Counted from the stretch's first letter, positions 1 to 9,436 are shown. The stretch: 64,000 bases of DNA from an uncultured Bacteroidales bacterium (GCA_947589325.1 CANQAM010000001.1:95834-159833); one strand, 5' to 3'. The notes: generated by a model from the sequence alone, not told the origin. Translations and numbers: made by a program.

Positions 1-1
1 C

Positions 2-721
2 TGGCATTTCCGCAGCGCCACCAACCAGACGCCGCGTTATGCGCAGCCCGGCGAGCCTTCTATCGAGCGGGCAGTCGTTTTGGAATTGAAACTCTTGGCC
101 GATGTCGGGCTGGTGGGATTCCCCAACGCCGGCAAGTCCACCCTGCTGGCTGCCGTTTCGGCGGCGAAGCCCAAAATTGCCGATTACCCCTTTACCACGA
201 TGGAACCCAATCTGGGCATCGTTTCCTATCGCGAAAACCGCTCGTTCGTCATGGCGGATATTCCCGGCATCATCGAGGGGGCGAGCGAGGGCAAAGGCTT
301 GGGTTTGCGTTTCCTCCGCCACATCGAGCGCAACGCCGTGCTGCTTTTCATGGTGCCCGCCGACGCCGACGACATACGCCGCGAGTACGAAATACTTTTG
401 GGCGAATTGACCGCCTACAACCCCGACCTGCTCGACAAGCAACGCATACTGGCGGTTTCCAAGTGCGATATGCTCGACGATGAATTGCTTGCCGCCCTCC
501 GGCAGAAAGTGCCCTCCGATGTGCCTGTCGTCTATATATCGTCGGTTACGGGGCAGGGCATTGCCGAATTGAAAGATTGTTTGTGGAAGGCTATCGACAG
601 CGATGCCGTCCGCGCGGCGACACCCGTGCATCGCAACCTCGATGTCGCGCACATGGAGGACGATGACGACGATGATGAAGCGAATTACGATGAATACGAT
701 TGGGACGACGATAACGCCTGA
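2..721 (+). CDS. obgE: GTPase ObgE/CgtA, 5' end outside the window
   Basis: Frame open from position 2 ([17 protein letters not shown]...[21 protein letters not shown]); YPFTT, DIPG and SKCD G-motifs; acidic tail. Confidence 0.97.
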   Translation, partial: WHFRSATNQTPRYAQPGEPSIERAVVLELKLLADVGLVGFPNAGKSTLLAAVSAAKPKIADYPFTTMEPNLGIVSYRENRSFVMADIPGIIEGASEGKGLGLRFLRHIERNAVLLFMVPADADDIRREYEILLGELTAYNPDLLDKQRILAVSKCDMLDDELLAALRQKVPSDVPVVYISSVTGQGIAELKDCLWKAIDSDAVRAATPVHRNLDVAHMEDDDDDDEANYDEYDWDDDNA

Positions 722-1547
722 AATCGTGCTGCGCCGTCTGGCGCCGGAGATAGAAGTTTGCACTTTCCGCACCTTCGATGCTTTCGAGCGATTGACCCAC
801 TTCGTTACGACACGGGGGCGGGTCGAGCCTGCCAACCCTTTTTCCACCTTTAACTTGGGCCGCCATTCCGGCGAAGACTTGTCGGCTGTTTTGGCGCGGC
901 GGGCGCGCTTGTGCGAAGCCCTTGCCATTCCGCCCGAGCGCTTGGTGCAGCCCCGACAGGTACACGGCAATGAGGTGCGAATCATTACTCCCGAATATTT
1001 TACATGGAACACCGCGCAACAGGGCGAATACCTGTCGCAAGCCGATGCCCTCGTTACCGGCATGACGGACGTGTGCGTCGCCATATCCACCGCCGACTGC
1101 GTGCCGCTGCTCTATTACGATGCGCGGCGCCGCGTGGTGGCTGCCGCCCATGCCGGTTGGCGCGGTACGGTGGGACGCATCGCCTCCCGCACCGTCGGCG
1201 CGATGCAAGCCGCCTGCGGCTGCGACCCTTCCGACATCTATGCGGCGATAGGTCCCTCTATCGGCGAATCAGCTTTCGAGGTGGGCGACGAGGTGACCGC
1301 CGATTTTGCCGCTGCCTATCCCGATTACCGAGATACGGTTATTACGCCTCGACAAGGTGCTGCCAATCGGCACCACGTTGATTTGTGGGCTGCCAACCGC
1401 CTCGATTTGCTCTCGGCAGGCGTGCTGCCCGAACATATCGTTACGGCGGGCATCTGCACCTGCCACCGCAACGACCTCTTTTTCTCCTCGCGCCGTGCCG
1501 GTGGAAAACTGTTCGGACGCTTCGTTTCCGGCATTCTCCTGCGTTGA
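690..1547 (+). CDS. pgeF: Peptidoglycan editing factor PgeF / YfiH (laccase-like domain)
   Basis: QVHG, ADAL, TADCVP, HAGWRG, GPSI, CT and FFS-RR motifs; follows obgE as in Bacteroidales. Start set at ATG 690 (uncertain). Confidence 0.92.
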   Translation: MNTIGTTITPEIVLRRLAPEIEVCTFRTFDAFERLTHFVTTRGRVEPANPFSTFNLGRHSGEDLSAVLARRARLCEALAIPPERLVQPRQVHGNEVRIITPEYFTWNTAQQGEYLSQADALVTGMTDVCVAISTADCVPLLYYDARRRVVAAAHAGWRGTVGRIASRTVGAMQAACGCDPSDIYAAIGPSIGESAFEVGDEVTADFAAAYPDYRDTVITPRQGAANRHHVDLWAANRLDLLSAGVLPEHIVTAGICTCHRNDLFFSSRRAGGKLFGRFVSGILLR

Positions 1548-1563
1548 AACAATTATAAAAAAT

Positions 1564-1590
1564 AGCCACCCGACCGTCGGTCGGGTGGCT
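1564..1590. terminator. Perfect 13-bp palindrome, probable bidirectional terminator or REP-like element (copy 1)
   Basis: agccacccgaccg-t-cggtcgggtggct between convergent genes, preceded by an A-tract; identical 25-mer at 4315-4339. Confidence 0.8.
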
Positions 1591-1632
1591 TCTGAAAAAA
1601 GCATCGATTAAGGAAATATCCCCGTATACTTT

Positions 1633-2625
1633 TTATTTGACGATGATTTTGCCGTTATCCACCTGCTTGCCGTTTTCGGTGAGGGTGAATATGTAGGTGC
1701 CAGCATGAAAGCGGCGTGCGCTTACGGTAATGCGGGAGGCATCGGGTGCGACAGTACGCTGTTCCACCGTGCGGCCGGAAGCGTCGCTTACCGAGAGGGT
1801 GCGTACGGTATTGTCGGCAGACGGCTCGAACTCGATGGTGATTTCATCGGAAGGACGGGCGAGAGTGGGAAACATCTTCATACCGGCAGGCATGGCGATT
1901 TCCTGCAACGAACTGCTCTCTTTGTCGATGCGGTAGAGAATGTATTTATCAGGGCTTTCAAACTGTATATAGTTCTTTCCATTGTATGTGTAAATCCAGC
2001 CATCACCGTAGGTGGATAAGGGTATGGATGACAGTACCTTTCCGTCTTCGGAAACGATTTCGATAGCCGTAGTTTCTACGCTGTAACGAGTTTCTTTACG
2101 TATACTGTCATTGTTGGAGCCTTGCGTTTCTATTATTTCATGTTTTGCTACAAGAAATTCATATTTGTCGTCATCGTTGAAAAGTGTTTGAGTCAAACCA
2201 ATATAATATTCCTCTGTTGGACTGTCCGAATCGCCATTTGTGTAATTGAGCAACAATAATTCTTTGCTTGGAACGTACCATACCGATTGTTGCTCTTGTT
2301 TCCACTCTTCGCTTCCCGGAATTCGGGTTTCCACCAAAGTATAAGATTTGAGTATTTCGGGAGAGTAGGTAAATTCATGCGCTACATTGAAATCTTTATC
2401 GAAAATCGTAAACGGGTAGTTTGCCGATTGTATTTCTGCCGATCCGTAGCCTGCTTCATTGTCGGGATAGATATAGGCTGTTGATTGATTGGCGGAAGTA
2501 AACATTTTGGGAATAAAATATACCCAATACGATGTCTCATCTACCGGTGTAATTGTGAGATTCTGCGCCGAAACGACAGCCATGCCGCCCAAAAGCAGGG
2601 CGACGGAAAATAAAATCTTTTTCAT
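1633..2625 (-). CDS. Secreted protein with T9SS type A C-terminal sorting domain
   Basis: Signal peptide MKKILFSVALLLGGMAVVSA; C-terminus FPT...SDASGR...GTYIFTL...KIIVK typical of T9SS CTD. Confidence 0.85.
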   Translation of the reverse strand: MKKILFSVALLLGGMAVVSAQNLTITPVDETSYWVYFIPKMFTSANQSTAYIYPDNEAGYGSAEIQSANYPFTIFDKDFNVAHEFTYSPEILKSYTLVETRIPGSEEWKQEQQSVWYVPSKELLLLNYTNGDSDSPTEEYYIGLTQTLFNDDDKYEFLVAKHEIIETQGSNNDSIRKETRYSVETTAIEIVSEDGKVLSSIPLSTYGDGWIYTYNGKNYIQFESPDKYILYRIDKESSSLQEIAMPAGMKMFPTLARPSDEITIEFEPSADNTVRTLSVSDASGRTVEQRTVAPDASRITVSARRFHAGTYIFTLTENGKQVDNGKIIVK

Positions 2626-2828
2626 GTTGTTTCTTATTAAATTGGTATATATAAATATTGTATATCCGAAATTTTTGTATTATTTTTGCGCTTGCAAAGT
2701 TTCGAATTAATTTTCAATTATCCAAATTTTTTGAAGAAAATTTGAGGAAAAAAGAAAAATAAAACCGATTTTTTAGTTCGCTTCCCGAATGCCATGCATA
2801 CGAATCGCCGTGCGGACGGCGTTTTGCC

Positions 2829-4169
2829 TTATTTTCGCTCTCTTAAATAGCGTTTCAGCAGAAATGTCAAGAAATAGGGAAATGTATAAAACTGCCCATT
2901 GAAACCGATATTCTTATATCCCAATTTGATGCCGAAATCGATGTCTCCGTATTTGTCGCTCTCGATGAGTTTTTTGAGCGACGGCGTGGCTCCGTCGTTT
3001 GCTTTTACCTCTACCGGAATCAGGTTGCGGGCATCGCGGATAAAGAAATCCATTTCCAAAGCAGGGTTATCGTGTTTGTAATAATAGAGGTTATATCCCT
3101 GTTTTGCCAGCATATCGCCCACGATATTTTCGTATATGGCGCCTTTGTAGGCGCCGAAGTTCCGATTTGCCCGCAGGTCTTCCTGCGCTTCCTCGTCGAG
3201 CGATGCAATCAGCAGTCCGGTATCTTTGAAGTAGATTTTATACGATTTGGGGTCGTAATTGCCTTTCAGGGGCAGCGCCACCTCTGCCAGACAGTAGCAC
3301 GGATTGATGATACCTGCCGAAGAAAGCCAGTCGATGATGCCGATGTAGTCGCGGTTACGGGCATTCAGGGCGACTTTCGATATTTGAAACCGTTTGTTCT
3401 CTTTGGCAAGAAACACCGAAATATGATTATATACATTTCTTATTTTTGCCTTGTCGAGACTTGCGGCATATTTGGTAATATCTTCGTCGTAGTCGATAAG
3501 CAATTGTTTTTGAATGTTGAGTGTTCCCGAAAAATTTTTGTTGGCGATATAGGTTTTGACCACATCGGGCATTCCGCCCAGCACTATATACTCTTTGAAG
3601 ATGCCGAAAAGGGTGTCGAGTTCCAACGCGGTAAAGGGTTGAAGGTCGAGCATATGGCGGTACATATCTTCGATGAAGTCGTCGGAATAATTTTTTGCCC
3701 ACAAAAATTCCTCGAAGTCCATCGAGTGCATCTCGAAATCTTCTTTGAAACCTACAGCATTCGATTCTATTTCATGGTAATTGATACCCATCAGCGAGCC
3801 GGAGCAGATGACATCGTAGCGCCCGTCGAGACTGAAAAATTTCAGGGCGGTGGCGCATGACGGACACTCTTGCAGTTCGTCGAAAAAAAACAGCGTATCT
3901 CCGGGAATGAATGTGAAAGAGGGATTGAGCAGAGATATGTTTTTCAGAATGGTCTCTACTTCATAACCATCGTCGAAGATGCTCCGGTATTTTTTCTGTT
4001 CTACAAAATTGATATAGATGAAACTTTTGTAGTTCGCGCGGGCGAATGCCGAAATGGAAACCGTTTTCCCGATTTGTCTGGCGCCTTTGATGATCAACGG
4101 CTTGTGGTCGGCTCGATTCTTCCATTCAACGAGTACGCTATCTATCTTTCTTCTAAGAAGTTTATCCAT
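2829..4169 (-). CDS. AAA_14-family ATPase with DUF4143 / C-terminal PD-(D/E)XK-like domain
   Basis: Walker A GARQIGKT, Walker B FFFDELQ, SGS, GGMP, D-GL, EMDF...PVEVK. Start taken at ATG 4169 (MDKLLRRKID). Confidence 0.9.
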   Translation of the reverse strand: MDKLLRRKIDSVLVEWKNRADHKPLIIKGARQIGKTVSISAFARANYKSFIYINFVEQKKYRSIFDDGYEVETILKNISLLNPSFTFIPGDTLFFFDELQECPSCATALKFFSLDGRYDVICSGSLMGINYHEIESNAVGFKEDFEMHSMDFEEFLWAKNYSDDFIEDMYRHMLDLQPFTALELDTLFGIFKEYIVLGGMPDVVKTYIANKNFSGTLNIQKQLLIDYDEDITKYAASLDKAKIRNVYNHISVFLAKENKRFQISKVALNARNRDYIGIIDWLSSAGIINPCYCLAEVALPLKGNYDPKSYKIYFKDTGLLIASLDEEAQEDLRANRNFGAYKGAIYENIVGDMLAKQGYNLYYYKHDNPALEMDFFIRDARNLIPVEVKANDGATPSLKKLIESDKYGDIDFGIKLGYKNIGFNGQFYTFPYFLTFLLKRYLRERK

Positions 4170-4170
4170 G

Positions 4171-4299
4171 ATATTCACATTTTCGACGCTGTAAATATAC
4201 TCATTTTTCACGGAATCGGAGCAAAATATCGCTAAAATTTCACAGAATCGGCATTTATTACGGGCGATTTTTCACATTTTCCGTAAAAATGGGGCGCGT
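4171..4299. repeat. Degenerate periodic array, 4 units of ~32 bp
   Basis: TTCAC cores at 4174, 4207, 4239, 4271 (spacing 33/32/32): ttcacattttcg, ttcacggaatcgg, ttcacagaatcgg, ttcacattttccg, with unrelated sequence between. Confidence 0.7.
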
Positions 4300-4313
4300 T
4301 ACGAATAAAAAAA

Positions 4314-4340
4314 CGCCACCCGACCGTCGGTCGGGTGGCG
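4314..4340 (-). terminator. Intrinsic terminator of the aromatic operon (palindrome copy 2)
   Basis: cgccacccgaccg-t-cggtcgggtggcg with a U-tract on the minus strand, just downstream of tyrA. Confidence 0.85.
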
Positions 4341-4366
4341 GAGTACAGGGAGTGTGCCGGCAGGGA

Positions 4367-5140
4367 TTATTTGATGTTTTCCCGCAGGCGGCTCAAATAT
4401 TTTTTCATTTCCTCGCTGTCTTTTTCGCGAATGATTTTTTGCAGCGTGGCGAGCTGCTGCTGTATTTTCTCCAACTGTTCGGGCGTGTGCGGATTGAACA
4501 GGATTTCAATCACGAGGAAGTCGTCTTCCGAGAGCAGTCCGCGAGCGATGTTCATGTGTTTTTTGAACGTCGTGCCCGGTGCGTCCTGATGTTTCATAAT
4601 CGCGGCGAACACCATTGTCGAGGCAAACGGTATGGAGAGCGAGTAGGCGATGGTTTCGTCGTGTTCCTTGAACGTGTATTCGAAGATGTTGAGGTGCAGC
4701 CGGCTGTACAGGTCTCTGAAAAATACCTTTCCCAAGTGGTCGGATTCCGAAATGATAATCGTGTTTTCTTCGGAGAGTTTGTCGAGGTTGGCGAATGTGG
4801 GGCCGAACATCGGGTGTGTCGAAACGAACGGTCTGCCCGTTTTTTTGTAGAACTCCGGCAGCCCCGTTTTCACCGAAGCGATGTCGGAGATGATGCAGGT
4901 GGCGGGCAGGTGCGGCAGCACTCTCTCGAATGCCGGAATCGTGTATTTCAGGGTAACGGCGTTTATCAGCAGTTCGGGGCGGAAAGCCTCCACCTCGTCC
5001 ATCGTCGTCATGCGCAGCGTGTTGAATGTGAATCGCAGGCGTTGAGGGTCGGTGTCGAATATCGCCACTTCGTGTTCGAAACTCAGCACGTCGGCGAAGA
5101 ACGAACCCATTTTTCCTGCGCCCAAAATCAAAATCTTCAT
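4367..5140 (-). CDS. tyrA: Prephenate dehydrogenase
   Basis: Rossmann GAGKMG, DIASVK, HPMFGP, EHD motifs; operon context. Confidence 0.93.
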   Translation of the reverse strand: MKILILGAGKMGSFFADVLSFEHEVAIFDTDPQRLRFTFNTLRMTTMDEVEAFRPELLINAVTLKYTIPAFERVLPHLPATCIISDIASVKTGLPEFYKKTGRPFVSTHPMFGPTFANLDKLSEENTIIISESDHLGKVFFRDLYSRLHLNIFEYTFKEHDETIAYSLSIPFASTMVFAAIMKHQDAPGTTFKKHMNIARGLLSEDDFLVIEILFNPHTPEQLEKIQQQLATLQKIIREKDSEEMKKYLSRLRENIK

Positions 5141-5150
5141 GGTGTTGCCG

Positions 5151-6227
5151 TTATTGGTTGATGATAATCATTTGTTGTCTTACCGATTCCTCGTGAATAG
5201 CCGCCAGAACCGTTTTCATGAAATCGCCGTCCATTTCGAGTTCGACCGCCTGTTCTACGCGCTTGCTCAACAGTTCATCGTATCGGGCAGCCTGCCATAC
5301 GGGCATTTCGTGTTCCTTTTTGTACACGCCTATTTCGCGGGCTACGCGCATACGTCGGGCGAGCAGTTCGAGCAGTTGGTTGTCGAGTTCGTCGATTTGG
5401 CGGCGCAGTTCGTTCAGGTTTTCCGTGCTTTGCGAAGTTTCGCGTATCACGAGCATATTCAAGATGTAGGAGAGGGTGTCGGGCGTAACCTGCTGCGAGG
5501 CGTCGCTCCATGCGCAGTCGGGGTTGCAGTGCGATTCCACGATGAGACCGTCGAAGCCCAAGTCCATAGCCTGCTGGCAGAGCGGGGCGATGAGGTCGCG
5601 TTTGCCGCCGATGTGGCTGGGGTCGCAGAAAAGCGGTATGTAGGGGTAGCGCCGGCGAAATTCGATGGGGATATGCCATTGCGGCAGGTTGCGGTAGAGC
5701 CGTTTGTCGTATGAGCTGAAACCGCGATGGATAACGGCGATTTTGCGTATGCCGGCATTATAGATGCGTTCTACGGCGCCTATCCATAGTTCGAGGTCGG
5801 GATTCACCGGATTTTTTATCATCACGGGAATGTCGGCGCCTTTCAGGGCGTCGGCTATCTCCTGCATGGCGAAGGGGTTGGCGGAGGTGCGTGCGCCTAT
5901 CCACAGAATGTCGATGCCGTGTTTGAGCGCTTCGAGCACATGGTACTGGTTGGCGACTTCGGTGGCTACGTACATACCCGTTTCCTCTTTCACCCGTTTG
6001 AGCCACGGCAGTCCGATGCTGCCCACGCCTTCGAATCCTCCGGGTTTGGTACGGGGTTTCCATATTCCGGCGCGGAATATTTTGATGCCTTGTGCTGCAA
6101 GCCCTTTGGCGGTTTCGAGCACCTGTTCTTCGGTCTCTGCGCTGCAAGGACCGGCAATGATAAGGGGTCGCTTGTTTTCGACACCTGCGAAGGTGAAGGG
6201 TTCCAAGTCTAAAACTTTGTCTGCCAT
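5151..6227 (-). CDS. Bifunctional DAHP synthase (class I-beta) / chorismate mutase
   Basis: IAGPCS, KPRT, WIGAR, HRG, DPSH motifs plus C-terminal AroQ-type domain (LRRQIDELDNQLLELLARR). Confidence 0.95.
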   Translation of the reverse strand: MADKVLDLEPFTFAGVENKRPLIIAGPCSAETEEQVLETAKGLAAQGIKIFRAGIWKPRTKPGGFEGVGSIGLPWLKRVKEETGMYVATEVANQYHVLEALKHGIDILWIGARTSANPFAMQEIADALKGADIPVMIKNPVNPDLELWIGAVERIYNAGIRKIAVIHRGFSSYDKRLYRNLPQWHIPIEFRRRYPYIPLFCDPSHIGGKRDLIAPLCQQAMDLGFDGLIVESHCNPDCAWSDASQQVTPDTLSYILNMLVIRETSQSTENLNELRRQIDELDNQLLELLARRMRVAREIGVYKKEHEMPVWQAARYDELLSKRVEQAVELEMDGDFMKTVLAAIHEESVRQQMIIINQ

Positions 6228-6244
6228 ATTCTGATGTTTTTTAT

Positions 6245-7432
6245 TTATCGTATATGTTGTTTGATGCGTTCTAAGGCTTCCTGCAAGGCGGGCAGGTCGG
6301 CGCAGAGCGAAATGCGGATATAGCGTTCGCCTTGACTGCCGAATATCATTCCCGGCGTGATGAACACGTGCGCTTCGTAAAGTACGCGGTCTGCCAGCGC
6401 AACACCGTTTTCAACGCTGTCGGGCACTTTCGCCCACAGAAACATGCCCCGCTGGTCGGGGTCGAACGTGCAGCCTAAGGCTTTGACGATTTGTTCCGCC
6501 ACGATGCGCCGCTCTTTATATACCGCATTGATGTCGCGGTACCACGATGCCGGCAGGGCGAGCGCCGTTACGGCCGCCTCCTGCATGGGGCGGAACGTGC
6601 CGCTGTCGATGTTGCTTTTCACCCGCAAGACCCATTCCACGAATTGACGGTTCGATGCCAGCATACCGATGCGCCAGCCCGGCATGTTGTGCGCTTTGCT
6701 CATGGAGTTCATTTCTATGCAGATGTCTTTCGCCCCTTCGACGGAGAGCAGGCTCAACGGCTTGTCGTTGAGTATGAAGCTGTACGGATTGTCGTTTACG
6801 ATGACGATGCCGTGTCGGCGACCGAAGTCCACTAACTTTTCGAATAGCTCGCGCGAGGCGGGTGCGCCGGTCGGCATATTGGGGTAGTTCACCCACATGA
6901 GTTTCACGCCCGAAAGGTCGCTCCGCTCCAACGCCTCGAAGTCGGGCTGCCACTTGTTCTCCTCCCTCAGCTCGTAAGAAATGATGCGCGCCTCTGCCAG
7001 ACGGCTCACCGACGTGTAGGTCGGGTATCCCGGATTGGGCACCAATACGCCGTCGCCCGGATTGAGGAATGCCAGCGATATATGCAGTATGCCCTCTTTC
7101 GAGCCGATAAGCGGCTGTATTTCGGTTTGCGGGTCGAGCGTTACGCCGTACCACTCTTTGTACCAGTCGGCAAAAGCCTTGCGCAACGCCGGTATGCCCA
7201 CGTAGGGTTGATACCCGTGCGTGTTGTCTTTGCGGCTTTCGCGGCAGAGCGTTTCTATGGCGTCGTGGTGCGGCGGCTTGTCGGGACTGCCGATGCCCAG
7301 ACTGATGACGTTCAGTCCGCGCGCGTTCATTTCCGCCACCTCTTTGAGTTTTTTCGAGAAGTAGTATTCGCTGATCGTATTCACCCGATTGGCGGGCGCG
7401 ACAGGGTTACAGGTTGTCTTTTGATTCGGCAT
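6245..7432 (-). CDS. PLP-dependent class I/II aminotransferase (probably aromatic/prephenate)
   Basis: NYPNMPTG, DNPY, SMSKAHNMPGWRIG; embedded in the aromatic operon. Confidence 0.9.
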   Translation of the reverse strand: MPNQKTTCNPVAPANRVNTISEYYFSKKLKEVAEMNARGLNVISLGIGSPDKPPHHDAIETLCRESRKDNTHGYQPYVGIPALRKAFADWYKEWYGVTLDPQTEIQPLIGSKEGILHISLAFLNPGDGVLVPNPGYPTYTSVSRLAEARIISYELREENKWQPDFEALERSDLSGVKLMWVNYPNMPTGAPASRELFEKLVDFGRRHGIVIVNDNPYSFILNDKPLSLLSVEGAKDICIEMNSMSKAHNMPGWRIGMLASNRQFVEWVLRVKSNIDSGTFRPMQEAAVTALALPASWYRDINAVYKERRIVAEQIVKALGCTFDPDQRGMFLWAKVPDSVENGVALADRVLYEAHVFITPGMIFGSQGERYIRISLCADLPALQEALERIKQHIR

Positions 7433-8252
7433 ATTCTCCTAATATTTTAAGTTCTCCGATGAGCGGTCGTATGGCATTGATAGCCTGATGATACCGCGAT
7501 ATGTCGTCGAAAACCACGTCGATGTAGAACTGGTATTCCCACTCCCGTCCGATGATGGGGAGCGACTGTATTTTCGTCAGATTCATTTTGTAGAACGAGA
7601 GTATCGAAAGCACCTGCGAGAGGCTGCCTTCGGTGTGCGGCAGCGAGAACACGAGGCTTGCTTTGTTGCTCGGATTCTCTTTTTTGCGGTACTCTTCGGC
7701 GTGCCACCGGTCGGCGATTACCAAGAAGCGGGTGGAATTGTGTTTGTTGGTTTCGATGCCCTCCTGCAATATTTTCATGCCGTACATGGCGGCGACGTCT
7801 TTTCCGCAGATGGCGGCGTGTCCGCGCAGGTTTTGGTTGAAGATGTTTTCCGCGCTTTGGGCGGTATCTTCGGTCTCCACCACTTTCATGCGCGGGTGTG
7901 CGTTGAGAAATTCGCGGCACTGCATCAGGGCAATCGGGTGGGAGTTTACTTCGGTGATGTCGTCCCAGTCGTCGTCGGGCAGGCACATAATCGAGTGCGA
8001 GATGTGCAGGCGGGCTTCGCCGATGATTTGAAATCCGCTTTCCCGCAGCAGTTCATGATTTTGCAGCAGGCTCCCCGCAATGGTGTTTTCTATGGCTACC
8101 AGACCGATGACGCTGTCGTCGTATTTGATGCTTTTGAAAACGTCTTCGAACGTGGCGCAGTAGAGCACATCTATCTCCTCGCCGCTGAAATAGCGGTGGG
8201 CGGTGATGTCGTGGAACGAGCCTTTGCCTCCTTGTATGGCGATGCGTTTCAT
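7407..8252 (-). CDS. pheA: Prephenate dehydratase
   Basis: QG..GSF, ENTIAGS, SHP.AL.QC, N.TRF and C-terminal ACT domain (NLTKIQSLP). Confidence 0.95.
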   Translation of the reverse strand: MKRIAIQGGKGSFHDITAHRYFSGEEIDVLYCATFEDVFKSIKYDDSVIGLVAIENTIAGSLLQNHELLRESGFQIIGEARLHISHSIMCLPDDDWDDITEVNSHPIALMQCREFLNAHPRMKVVETEDTAQSAENIFNQNLRGHAAICGKDVAAMYGMKILQEGIETNKHNSTRFLVIADRWHAEEYRKKENPSNKASLVFSLPHTEGSLSQVLSILSFYKMNLTKIQSLPIIGREWEYQFYIDVVFDDISRYHQAINAIRPLIGELKILGEYAESKDNL

Positions 8253-8270
8253 TTGTTTCTTGTTTATATC

Positions 8271-8340
8271 AAAAAAAATCCCGTCTTGTGAACGGGATTT
8301 TTCTTTATTTTATCGAATGTGCAACCGCGCGAAATCCCGT
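8271..8340 (-). promoter_or_regulatory. Attenuator: antiterminator segment plus intrinsic terminator upstream of pheA
   Basis: Minus-strand terminator aaaaatcccgt-tcacaag-acgggattttttt (8271-8302); another acgggattt (8332-8340) directly after the leader stop can sequester the 5' arm. Confidence 0.88.
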
Positions 8341-8342
8341 TT

Positions 8343-8399
8343 TTACTTTTTGGTAAAGTAAAAATAAAAGGAATATGCGTAGTTGAACATCTGTTTCAT
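8343..8399 (-). CDS. Phe/Tyr-rich leader peptide MKQMFNYAYSFYFYFTKK (18 aa)
   Basis: Manual translation: 4 Phe and 4 Tyr within residues 5-15; lies between the promoter and the attenuator. Confidence 0.9.
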   Translation of the reverse strand: MKQMFNYAYSFYFYFTKK

Positions 8400-8425
8400 A
8401 TCGTTCTCGAAATTTTTTCGAGGGA

Positions 8426-8456
8426 CAAAGATAAAGAGAAAAACGGGATTTGCAAA
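8426..8456 (-). promoter_or_regulatory. Bacteroidetes primary-sigma promoter of the pheA operon
   Basis: Minus strand TTTG-N19-TATCTTTG matches the -33/-7 consensus. Confidence 0.8.
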
Positions 8457-8560
8457 ATATTTTCATCTTTTTTATCGAAAAGATAAGCGAAAAAATAATT
8501 TTTCCGAAAAAAGGAAAGCAAGCGGCTCGTTTTTGCGTATTCTTGTTCGGGTCGGCGGAG

Positions 8561-9436
8561 TTACCGTCGCCGTTCGTGCAGACACCGGTTTCGCAGCCAC
8601 CCGAGCAGCATGGCGAGTATCGGCAGGCTGACGAGCCATATCCACACGCCGCCCGCTGTCGCCCAGTTGCGTATTTCCTCGCTTGCTGCCATATTTTCCG
8701 AAAAATAGGCGTCGAGCACGGCGAAGCTGTTGTTCAGGGCATGGGCTGCCACCGGCAGCCAGATGTTGCCCGACCACACTAACAGATACCCGAAGAACGC
8801 CCCGAGCAGCATACGCGGCACGAAGCCGTAGAATTGAAAATGTATGGCGCTGAACAGAAATGCGGCAATCCACACGGCGGCGTGGCTGTTGCGCAGCTTT
8901 TCCAGCAGCAGCCGCTGCACGATGCCGCGAAACACGAACTCCTCGCCGATGCCGGTGAGTACGCCCACGATAAGCAGCATCGCGAGCATATCGCCGACGG
9001 AGCCGAATTGCAGAATCTGCTGCGTCAGCGCCTGCGCCGCATCTTCCTGCGCCCGCAGCCACGATTCGAGGGCGGCAAGCGACTCGGGCAGCCGCACCGC
9101 CTCGTTCCATGCGATGATTCTCTCCATCGGCAGCGTGGCGGCGAGCAGCACGGCGAGCATACCGAGCAGGGAGGCGGCGCGGGGCATGCGGTCGGCGTGC
9201 AGATACCGCGCGGCGCTGCCGCCGAAAAACAGCGCGGCGCACCATGCCGGCACGATGAACAGGAACAGGTCTTGCGAAGCGAGGGCAAGACGCAGGGCGG
9301 CGATGCCGTCGAAAAGGGCGGTGTAGACAACGGAAAGGAGCATGGTCAGGCAAAGCCCCGCCAGCTCGAACAACAAAAAGACGCAGACCTTTACGGCAAA
9401 CGAAGCATCGGAAAAGGTATGGAAAAAACGGTTCAT
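8561..9436 (-). CDS. CPBP (Abi/CAAX) family intramembrane metalloprotease
   Basis: EEFVFRG, FSAIH, AHALNN motifs; multiple TM segments; start ATG 9436 overlaps the menA stop. Confidence 0.92.
   Translation of the reverse strand: MNRFFHTFSDASFAVKVCVFLLFELAGLCLTMLLSVVYTALFDGIAALRLALASQDLFLFIVPAWCAALFFGGSAARYLHADRMPRAASLLGMLAVLLAATLPMERIIAWNEAVRLPESLAALESWLRAQEDAAQALTQQILQFGSVGDMLAMLLIVGVLTGIGEEFVFRGIVQRLLLEKLRNSHAAVWIAAFLFSAIHFQFYGFVPRMLLGAFFGYLLVWSGNIWLPVAAHALNNSFAVLDAYFSENMAASEEIRNWATAGGVWIWLVSLPILAMLLGWLRNRCLHERRR

Noticed and set aside
603-721. Long obgE/pgeF overlap as dual coding
   Set aside because: The likely pgeF start is ATG 690 or later; a short overlap with the low-complexity acidic tail is unremarkable.
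4171-4299. Canonical CRISPR mini-array
   Set aside because: Conserved part is only ~12-13 nt and degenerate, the period is 32 nt and it overlaps a promoter; kept only as a periodic motif array.
8441-8451. Fourth acgggattt copy as part of the attenuator
   Set aside because: Lies in the promoter spacer upstream of the predicted TSS, so it would not be in the leader transcript.
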